This document shows positions 30,301 through 42,300 of a stretch of 64,000 nucleotides of DNA, piece after piece (the first letter of the stretch is position 1; every line of letters starts with the position of its first letter). The notes beneath the pieces were generated by a model, which did not search any database, was not told where the DNA came from, and worked only from the letters and a program-made list of their open reading frames with translations. The DNA is from Lytechinus pictus (Eukaryota). The translations under genes were made by a program, and so were the position numbers. Location: assembly GCF_037042905.1 (NCBI RefSeq), contig NC_087246.1, forward strand, positions 8,062,001 to 8,126,000, in the 5' to 3' direction.

Positions 30301-33300
30301 CCTTTGTATTGACAGCACATATGAAAATAACCCTCCTGCTCAACAGTATGCAGAAATAGAATAGTCATTTGAGTTCAAATGCTATAAACCAGAAAATGTC
30401 TCGTTTAGATGATGATATACATAACTGCACAAATACAACAGGCTAGCCTACACAATGATTTCTCTTTCTGTTTAGTTTCTTTCCATCCCATTAATTTCAT
30501 TCCAATAAACATGTGATGTTTCATAGCATTTCTCAGTGAAGTATTTATTATTCATTTTCAATTGAATTGAATTATTCATTTTGTTACAACTCAAGTTTTC
30601 TTTGTTTCGATTAGCTTTTTCAACTATCATAAAAACAAAATGAAAAACAATGTCAAATGTATACATTTTGGCATCCATAGCACCTTTCTATAGTAAAATG
30701 CCTATAAAGCACATTACAACATTTAAAAAAAAATATTCATACATGTACATCATTTCATGTTATGTTCATATGTAGATATGTAAACAAATTCAAAATTAAT
30801 ACCATTACCCCCCCCTAAAAAAATACAGTACTTCTATTGTAAATAAATTCAAATTAAATACCATTAAAAACAAGTGGAACGCCTCTGGCAGTCTCGCCTG
30901 CATTACGCAATTTAATATAGCAGCAGTGCTAACTTTGAAACCTACTATAAAATAATCATTCACAAAAACATCGTCCATATAATGACATAATACCACGTTC
31001 ATTGACCATAAATGACATTTGAACGGAGACTGTCAACTACACCCATGTCCACATTTCATTCACTCTATCCATAAACTTTCAAAGTTATGATGGCACTTCA
31101 ACAATTACCCCAACATGGCCTAAGTTTATTGACCTTAACTGACCTTTGACTTGGTTTTGTGACCTGAAACTCACAGGGGATGTTCAGTGATGCTTGATTA
31201 CTCTTATATCCCAAGTTTTATGAACTAGATCCATAAACTTTCACAGTTAGGATGGTAATTCAACAAATACCCCCAACACGGCCAAAGTTCATTGACCTTT
31301 AATGACCTTTGACCATGGTCATGTGACCTGAAACTCGTACAGGATGTTCAGTGATACTTGATTACTCTTATGTCCAAGTTTTATGAACTAGATCAATAAA
31401 CTTTCAGAGCTAGGATGGTAATTTAACATATACCCCCAACACGGCCAAAGTTCATTGACCTTAAATGACCATTGACCATAGTCATGTGACCTGAAACTCG
31501 CACAGGATATTCAATGGTACTTGATTAACCTAATGTCCAAGTTTCATGAACTAAATCCATAAATTTTCAAAGTTATGATGGTAATTCAACAAATACCCCC
31601 AAATTGGCCAAAGTTCATTGACCCTAAATGACCTTTGACCTTGGTCATGTGACCTGAAACTCAGGCAGGAAGTTCACTAATACTTGATTAACCTTATGTC
31701 CAAGTTTCATGGACTAGATCCATAAATTTTCAAAGTTATGATAGTAATTCAACAAATACCCCCAACTTGACCAAAGTTCATTGACCCTAAATGACCTTTG
31801 ACCTTGGTCACGTGACCTGAAACTCGAGCAGGATGTTCACTAATACTTGATTAACCTTATGCCCAAGTTTCATGAACTAGGTCCATATACTTTCTAAGTT
31901 ATGATGTCATTTCAAAAACTCAACCTTCGGTTAAGATTTTGAAAATAATTTTCCCAACATGGTCTAAGTTCATTGACCCTAAATGACCTTTGACCTTGGT
32001 CTTGTGACCTGAAACTCAGGCAGGATGTTCAGTAATACTTGATTAACCTTATGTCCAGGTTTCATGAACTAGGTCCATATACTTTCTAAGTTATGATGTC
32101 ATTTCAAAAACTTAACCTTAGGTTAAGATTTGATGTTGACGCCGTCGCCGCCGCCGTCGGAAAAGCGGCGCCTATAGTCTCGCTCTGCTATGCAGGCGAG
32201 ACAAAAACCACAAACACTAATCCTGATTTACAATAATTATTGAGATTATCAGAGAGAAAATAAATAAGTCTTTTTTTAATAGTTGATTTGTTTTGTTTTC
32301 TGTTTTTTTTAATACTAATTTGAATGAATGGATTAAAAGACTATTTCAAATACAAAGTTTGCTCTCTATTAAAGTTTTGCTTTAAATAGAACTTATACTC
32401 ACTACAGTACATACACTGGATACAAATAAAAAGTAACAAACCGGGCGTTGTGGCGTGCGCCTGTAATCCAAGCTATGTGCGGAAGTTACAAATTGATGCA
32501 GAGGTTCGAGCCCTGGTCACGTCTTTCGGATGGTGACGTTAAAGGTCGGTCCCAGGCGTAAATAATCATATCTGATTGATACACGTCTGACAAAACCCAA
32601 ATACACACACAAGGAATTTTTTTCACTATTTTCAAAGTACTTTCCCACTATATTCCTTACCAAACTAAAATAAAAATTTATTAAAGTTGGTGTATTACAT
32701 TTGTAGTATGTCACATTGCATAAAACCTTATCAAATTTTAAATCAGTATCCTGTTTTATTAATGAGTATATCGGATCCTACCAGCAATTCATTCCAATAC
32801 TCTTGAAGTTTGTGTGAAATGCAGGTATGTTGTCACATCAACAAAAGCTGATTAAAGTAACATAAATTTTCATCAATTTTTTTTTATTGTAAAGTGTGCT
32901 TTCAAGATTATTACTCTAAAGGATACTTGGTTTCACATGGCCCTATTAGATTGATTTTCTTTCAAGTCTGTCCCTTTACATTGTATTCTTAACTACATGT
33001 ACATGTAGTCTGGAATGACATTTTACATATTTCAATATTTATTTAAACCTATCCAATACATACTATCATTGATGCTTATATCCACTCCTCATCATAATCA
33101 TCAATCACAAACTGTAATTCAATCATTTTTTATTTACCTAAATTAATATTACAATAAAACACATTATCTTATCTGCACCAGTATATTGCAAATTTGGAAG
33201 TTAAATCTGAAAACAAAGTTTAGAGGGATTTAATGATCATTACCTTTCTCAAATACTAAGATATTTTTTAATTCTCTTAGAAGTGTTAACAGTTTGTTTG

Positions 33301-36300
33301 TTTTTGTCTGTTTTTTTTTACTAATTTTCCAATCAAATTGTCAAATTTAACCGTTTAAAAAACAAATCCCCGTTTAAGAACAGTTGTTTTACAGCAAGTC
33401 ATCAAAGGTACCCCTGGCTCTTCAAAGAAATATGGATTACAAAATCCTTCCTTTCCTCCATTTTAACTTTTTAATAGTTTCAGCTTTCTGCCCACATTAT
33501 ATTGCAGTTTAACATAGAAAGAGACAATCTTTCAACTCTTCCTGATCAGATTAGCATTGCTGTCAGCATAAGGCTGGAAGATTCTTCCTTGTGGTGGACA
33601 TTTCCTTACATTTCTAAATCTCTTGACCACACAAGGAAATAATACATTCTTCTCATGCAGGTTGACTGTCACATTTCTTTTAGAATTCAACATGGAATGT
33701 CTGAAGTAAAAATTACTCTGAAAGTAAGATTTACAAAGCATGATTTAAAAAACACATTTCAAACTCAAGAGAAACAAACATGAAAGAAAATAGAGCAAGG
33801 AGTAATAGTAACCATGCATTCAAGTAAAATGTCACATTGTCTGATTTTATTTTTGCAGTACTCACCTCTTCATCTGGCATTACTGGTAGCACTGTTTCTA
33901 CCTCCCCCTGAATAAAAAACAATATATATAAATCAAAATCACTATCGGTAGTATTGTTTCCACAAGTGTATTGTAGGAGGACCAGCTCAGAAATAAGTTT
34001 GACATGATAACAAGCACCCATGCCTGTAACAGGCAGTAAATGAATGATGGGTATACTTTTATAAGGGTATCATCAGATCAGGGAATCATTGTTGATCACA
34101 CATGGTACCCTGTACTATTTCAATTAGGTACAGGCCTAAGTGATCTAGATTCTAGACAGTAAAAATTGATACCTGTATGGTTATGATTCTTGTTAGAATG
34201 AACAAAATGAATGTACACAAAGTGTGCAGTAGCTTAATTGCAGCTAAGATAAATAATATAATGTTATATTATGAAAGGGGTTCCAAAGGAATATCTGACA
34301 GGAACAAAAGTTTTGAAATGGGATTGTGATGCGAATTATATTATCAAATGTACAGTCTTCCATTAAAACTTACCTCAGGGGTAATTTTAACATCTATTAA
34401 GTGGATAGAGGGTGGCCTAACCATCGCATTTGATGCACGCTTCAATGTGTGCCTGACCTACAGAAGATATAAGAGAAAAAGATGTTTATCAGCTTTTACA
34501 AATTTATATGAAGAAAACTAGTAAAATAATATAAAAGCATCAAACCAAAGGTCGTGGGTTTGAGTCCACCCCAGCTGGTTGAATGAAGCTTTAATATGTT
34601 GTGTGTAAAGTCTGTCCCCTGTTACATAGATGCAGGCTATGTTACAGTGGAAAACAATCCATTCCTCGGATAGGACGTTAAATGGAGGCACCGTGTAGAG
34701 GGAAGTCATAACCTTTGCACGTTAAGAACCCACTGCACTTTTCACATAAGAGTCTGAGGAAACCCCAGTAAAGTGGTCCACCAGGGAGAGACCCGTGGGT
34801 CATAGTGATTTAGTTCCCTTTTTGCCTCCCAGGCACAGGTGATGCCAAACAAATAATAATAATAACAATGTTTAAAAGTCATAACTACATCATAAAGGAA
34901 GGGATTTGAAATGCTGAAAATTGCACCCCAAAAAATGGCTCTATGCTCACAGGAATGGTGGCAAAATATTTGTATGATACATGTATGTGCATACTGCTAC
35001 ATACATATCAAAGTATGATGGTCAATTTTCAATAAGTCACACAATCATCTGATTAATTTTCCTGACCACATCATAGAGGGCATGTGTACATTAACTTTTA
35101 GGTCGTCAGAGCTTAAATTCTTTGAATATGGTAAGATCTAATCCTGATTAACTTTATAAATATATATATATTTTTTTTTAATAGAGAGAACATGAGACTC
35201 ACAAATTTCTTCAAACCAGACGCTAATGGAGACATACTGTACTAACAACGGAGATTCAACTGTCATAGAACAAGTAGGCCTATAAGAAGTACTTCAGTCT
35301 CCATGCACAGACAAAGATGAAATGAAACAATTCCTCTAAATTTGTGAAGCGGAAAGTTACTTCAACTACATTCTTTTAAGATAATACTGATCAGATCCTC
35401 CTTCAGCAAACTCCATATACTGTCATACAGATACATATGAATTGTATCTGAACGCTATCTCAATATTCTGTTTCCATGGTAATAAGGAAACACCCATTTC
35501 TTATAGCAGAACATCACAAACGCCCACCTCAAACACACATCCAAACAAAGAGAGATTGGACCATGCTTGTACATATCAAGCAGTAGACAATTTCCTGACT
35601 ATATAGTATTTACTGAAAATAAACATCTTTCATATAATGCTGCCATGGAAATGATTGAGGACCTTTTGATTGTATTCATGATGTTTATATGATTCTTGGG
35701 ATTTGTGAATGGTCTTGTTGTCTTTGTAATTAAAAAAAAATAATGGATTACTTGGATCTTGCTCTCTCTTTTACCATTTCTTTCTCTTTCTCTCTCTTTC
35801 TTCCCCCTATCATCCTCCCCTTTCTCCCTCCCCCTCCACTTCTCTCATTTTCTCTCAATTTCTCTCACTATAACTGTCTTCCTCTCAATTATAATAAAAA
35901 GACCATAACTTATTCTTTCTTGACAAATCGTAAATTGAACTGCAGAATCAATGTCTTTGCAGTGTTTGCACTCTATATTAAACAAGCAATGATTGATAAT
36001 TTATCAGATGGTGATGTCTGTGTAAATACTTTAAATTACTTAAAATTTGACTTCTGAACAGATGCCCTGGTTTCTCTAACTGCACAGTTACCACACTGTC
36101 AGGATTCAAATATAAAAAAAAAACCAGAGGAAGTTCAGATGACTTTAATACCAAGGAGTAAATATTGTCACCAAGATTATGATGATCTTATTTTGAAAGT
36201 GCAGTGACACAGCTATCTAAGTTTGATAAATTGAGAACATGTTATTAGACACATATTCACAATTGTTTTAATAAAAACTTAAATATAAAAATAAGTTAAA

Positions 36301-39300
36301 TGTTCAAAAAAACTCAAATGGAATTGAAACAGAAATCTGTGGTGTTATTGTCAAAACAACTTGAGTCTCTAGTATGAAAGAAAATTCTATGCAGTATCTA
36401 TCAGAAAGAGCTTGTAAGGTGGGGGAGGGGGGGGGGGGTTCAGGTCAGTATCATTATCGTCATTTTACCTGGTATTACTGTCAAACTAAAGTTGGAATAG
36501 AAATTCAAACAAAATCAGACAAAACTAAGAAATGTTAACCTGTTGACTACTGAATCCTGTAAATCCCATAGAGTTAATACAAGAACCAGATATGATCAGT
36601 TTCATAATCAAATAGTATTACATCCATGGTTTTTGTATAATTCCCTCACTATACATGCAGATGTCTGGAATTTCAGGGGGCAGTCTGGTTTCTAAACACA
36701 CATTTTTTCTTCTTTTTTTTCCTTTTAGTTCTATTCACATATTTAACTCTTGCCAAATATCTATTGATTTTTATCACACATTTTTGACAAATTCTTTTCA
36801 CTTCCTGTTGAATTCTATGGCCTCAGGACATGAGTATAAATATAATTTTTCACACAAATCAAAGTCTTATTAAAGCAGATAAAGCTAGGAGTAAAACATT
36901 TGCCTTGCTTGAAAAAACTTGACATTTTTTCGTTACAGAATCATTAAACTTGAGAGATATATTTCTGTATACTGTTTACAGAAATTATCCAGTATAGTTA
37001 ATGTGGTTATATCCACATATTTCTAAGTGGAATCACACTTGATGATGTATTCACAAACCTAATTTCCCAAGTTCCAATCACCAAAATAAAATCACTCACA
37101 TTATGATAAACAGTGATGGTGAGCATGAAAAAATATGACAATACAACAGACTAAGATTATAATTTCCAGAATTTCTTACAGATTCCAAAAGTGATGTTGC
37201 CATGAATCAGACCATAATTCATCTAATCAAAGACCTACATGTACATACATGTACAACTTCTGACTTGTAAGTCTAAGCTTCCATTACATACACATGGCAA
37301 TGAAAAAATAAATAAAAGCTGGTCCACTATTAAAGCAAAATATGAAATTACCAGTGATTGCTCCTAAAAATGAAGAAAATGTTATGAATCACAACTTCAG
37401 CTTTAAAAGTGATCATTGTTAAATACTTCACTTCCACTCACAATGTCAAGCTTCTATTGATACGGTGGTACAATTCTAATGTCGTTCAGATGTGATGTAT
37501 TGGTGCACAACACATGTGGAAATTAAATGCAACAAAGCTCATGTAACAAGTAGGAGATACAAAAAACAATTATTTTGACATCATGATCAATATACTCACC
37601 ATGGCCTTTCTCTATAGTTGTGCTCTTCAATAAAATGGAGAAAATATTGCATTTGCAAGTACAAAATGGTACTTCAGAAATCAGAGAAAAAATTGTGTAC
37701 CAAGAATAGATTTGTACAAAGACCTTGACCAAAACCTTGTTCAAAGCTGTCAATCATAGAATGATAATGGAATGATACTCCGCTTCTGATCTCCAAAAGT
37801 ATATTGTTTCAAATCTACAGTATGAGATAAGGACAATCTTGTATCAAATCCATGTTATTTGGACCTCCAATTCGATGCTCTTGGATTATGTCTCTTTACT
37901 GAGCATGAAACTATGTCAACTTTGACTGAAGAATGATATCAAGAAGAAAATTAAGGTTCCTATAAGATAGTTCAAATCATTAGGTCTTTTGCCAAAATAT
38001 CATGTCGAGTGAAACCAGTCATTGATAACAGATATATCTCTTTGTTTTTGGTAGACGATTATAATGTATGTACAGCTTTTTACTAGAACATCACATATTG
38101 ATCACACATAGGTTCAATGATAGGTTTACTATCTTCTAATTCCAGACCTGTCCCACATCTTGAAGTTTGCACCGATTGAAGACTATTTCTCTTAACAGAT
38201 ATTCTGGGTTTCTTGTCTCAACTGAAATGCTCACAATGCTTGAAATTATCCTGTATCTAGATCAGTTGCATCCTGTTGAATTGCTATTATGATAAAGATT
38301 TTCTGCTCTCCAGATTAATTTTTCCTCTTGTCTGCAATTAACTGCCAGAGAAATCTTCTAAATGCATCAGATTCCTGTTTGCCTTGCAATCAAACCATTT
38401 GTCAATGAATGTTCAAATCAACTACTTAGGTCAACAGATAGATAACAATCTGTGGTCACCCTAAAATAGCTTCCAACTTCAGCCAGTCTCATCAGCATGG
38501 GTAGTATCTTTCAGAAGAATCTAGAATTTGCAAACAACTGCATCTACCTTGAGGAATTCCTCTCAAATGTCTATTTGCATTTCTACTATAGATGATGACG
38601 CAGCTGATCATTTTGAGAATGCAAATGTAAAACGTCATAAGGGCATTTTCACGGTAACTGACATTACACGGCACAATGTTTTCACACCTTTCATTGTGTG
38701 TATCTCTAAAACAACAAATGATGGGAGTTTGCTTTTGATAGAGATAATAAAGTGAACCTTGCTGTATACTCTGATACTAAGTTTTTCTATGTAACCACAT
38801 TTTTTTACGCATCAGCAAGCAAAAATGTATCGGTAACTGACGTTACGAAAAAGGACATGCAATTTCAGGGTGTTCATTGAAATTGAAATATCTCATGTCC
38901 CTGAGTAGATAGAGTAATAATTTGAATATGTAAATATACCTCCGTTACTAGGTTAAGATGTGTCAAAATATTAGACAATTCGTTTTTGTCTTTTGGGGGC
39001 TATGATAATTTTTCCGCAACCATGCTGGTAACTGACATTACGGTAATGGAAGTCAAATGTGTGGAATCATTGCATTGTATCTTCTGTGCAGGGCTTCACA
39101 TGGAAGTGAGCTTGGTGTGGAAGTATACCTGAGTTTCTAGGAACATTTCAATGAAAAACATTTTTCTTTTTCTTAATTCCTTTCTTTGATTTGAACATTT
39201 TTATCATTTCTTGTCGGTAACTGACAATACACATAACATTTACCAGTGCTATATGATTTTCAAAGGCCTAATTTTCTTGGTACTTATATGTGAGGCTTTT

Positions 39301-42300
39301 TTAAATCATAAAAGTTTCATAATACTTCACATTTTTAATTATCAAAAGAAAAGAAATGTATGTTTTACTTACTCGGGGGGGGGGGGGGGGGTCATAGCAG
39401 CTACATGTTTTCCTATAGTAATTTAATATTGCATTGACTGTACACATGGATTTTTCTGACTATACACCCATAATATATTCATCAGTTTTATATTGACTTT
39501 TTAAACCTTTTCCTTCACCAACCTCCCCCTCTCCTCAAAAAAGGCAAAATGAACAAGGGTCTCCTCCCCTAGGCTACACGTACCCCTCCCCTGAATCTCA
39601 TGCAGCCATGTAGTTTTATTGATTTCTATTCTGGTCAGTGCAAGCAATGCTTGTTCATATCTGTCAGATTTCTATTCTCTTCATAATTTGTTTAATCATT
39701 TTCTTTGCTAATTTCTCTTTTAAGCTGTCAACAAAAAATAAACTCCAGCTTCTAAACTGAACTATTTGTAAATTAAAAAAAAAAACACAGTTTTAGTAGA
39801 TCCATGCAACATTGATCAGAACTGTCAAATCACTTTTCATCTATACTTGTGAACCAAAAACTAAAATTGTATCACACACCCACACTACTAACGGGCATAA
39901 AAACCAGGAATTTGCTTTTAGCGAGGCAATGCTCAAAAGAATCCTAGAAACTAAAAAAGGGACCCTGGAAATCCCCTTCATCACAATGTTAAGCTTAAAA
40001 AATATTGCAGATTTAGGCAATACATGTACAATAGCAAGCTCCTTCTGGTGTGACTTTTAAAGTGAAAGACTTGAATAACAAGTATACAATATTTCTTCAC
40101 CATAAAATTGACTACATATTTGCATTTCAATATTGGTAACCAACGTTTTATCATGGTAACTGACATTACATATCGGTATTAAACTGACATTACATTTTCC
40201 ACTCGGTAACTGACATTACATATATTCAATGGTACCCTATGGCTTCATTGTTAATTGGTAATATTTAATTTTGGTGTAGAAGGGAGGGGTGTTACCTAGA
40301 GAGGAAATCTATCAAGTTTCATATAATATATCCTCTTTTCCAGGAAATGAGAAAAAAAAGTTCATGTTTTCGGTAACTGACATTACATACCATATCACAT
40401 ATTTCATCAATGTTTTTTTTATCAGATGAATGAATTACTGGTGTTTCTTTCTGTGGGATTTTAAAAAGTGTTATAATAGCAAGCTAAATCACAGGCGAAA
40501 ACATCATGATCAAACCTGTTCTTTAAAAATCTGTCAAAACAAATTATGTATCAATATACTATTTTCAACACTAATTTGTATCCATACTTTGGCAGCCATT
40601 TTGAAATAAAAAATGGCTGCCAGAGTCGGAAAAAAATTTTGTCTCAGAAACTTCAGGTCTTGTATTATTAAAAAACATAAAGCATTTGACATGAATATCA
40701 ACTTCATTTTTTTGCCTCTGTGTCCATCTGTGGTGAAAATGCCCATAAGATCTTTAGGGTTGAGTATAAAGTTGACTTGCTGTGAAATGATATCAATACT
40801 CATTAGTTTGCCATCCAATGTGTTCTACACTTTGGCCCCTTTGCATCAGCATTTCTCTTAAAGAAGAAGTTTAATTAATTATATTCATTATGGACACAGG
40901 CATTTGAATACCCTAAGAGATCCAGGTGGGTGTTTCATAAAGCTGTTCGTAAGTTACGAGCGACTTTAAGAACGACTAGTGATCCTTTCTTGTGGTAAAT
41001 GGTATACACAAAAACGTTCATTGGTGAGGGTTTTGCGCATAAGAAAGGATCACTAGTCGTTCTTAAAGTCGCTCTCAATTTACGAACAGCTTTATGAAAC
41101 ACCCACCAGGGGTGTATCATAAATAGCTACATTTCATTTTAAGTTTAATAAAAAAAAAAAAAAATAGAATTTAATTGGTCTAGTCATGCATCTTTCATAA
41201 AATAACATGAGCTGCTTGTGAATCACCAATCCCAGTAAATAAAGATGTATCTTCAAGATAAAAAGACACTTCTGAAGACAATGTCCATTTGGTCCAAACA
41301 GAACCTGTGAAATCTTGACCACTACAAACAAAAAAGTTTTTGATCCATCCTGTCTTAATTGCATCATTCAATGGTCATTTACGACGCATCTATTTATCTA
41401 AGGTGGTACAATAGGGTTGTAAAGACAAATCAAATAGTCTCAGATCATCTTGACAGCATGCATGGTTGCAGTGTACACCTACATAAATCCCAATGCATTG
41501 CTATCTTTGAAACAAATCCAACCATATATTCAAGATTTCAAGAAACATTGAGTATTGCCACAAATAGGTTCAATCTCTGATTCTGTTTCAAACAATGAAA
41601 TTAATTTACTTCTTTATAGGCCTACTCCAATTTTTTTCTATTGTGTTTATATTTCTAAAACTGTAAAGTAAATTGGAATTTTTCCAAGTTACATGTATTT
41701 ATTGTGCTAATTGAATTGAAGCATGTTTGTTTTGTTTGTTCAGTTTTATTTTTATACTTTCAGCTGTATAAAGAGACTTTCAAGTTGTCATCCATTTCAA
41801 TTTGATTATCCTCTATCATTCCTTTCCTACATATTTATTCACATGTGTTTATTGATTACATTCTCACATCAGATTCTTTTGTTCAACATTCTTATCTTGT
41901 AATTACTCTTCATCAACTCATCTCAATTAAGTTTTTTTTATCATAAATTGGATTATTAGACTATCAAATCATTTTGATAATTTTTTCAATGTCTTTATTC
42001 CTAATAATGATCCAATTATTTAAACAATTTATGTGTTCTGTGCAAAAGTGAACTAATCACTATACTACCAGCAAAATGGTACCATTATTGATTTCTATGC
42101 CTTTTGAGTTTGTTCCTTTTAGTTTTTAGACAGTCTGATTTATTTGAGCTGATTTCCCCCCCTTCCTTTCAAAATATATTTTTTATTAACTCTGGTTTAA
42201 TCTTAATCACCAACATTGTTGCCATCTTCATCATTATAATCATAATCTTCACTATATCAATCAGAGGGAAATGTGTTATATTTTCAGCCATGGCAGGTTT

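Noticed and set aside
32440..32610. Functional 7SL RNA gene or human Alu contamination
   Set aside because: No S domain, only ~170 bp; departs from Alu after ~45 nt, has no poly-A or dimer, and sits in a colinear intron
33532..33700. Possible exon after exon 3
   Set aside because: Phase-0 reading stops after 6 codons and shows no family similarity
37523..38500. Possible nested gene or transposase relic (TTIEKGHG plus gtgagt donor)
   Set aside because: No sustained ORF or supporting motifs; treated as chance
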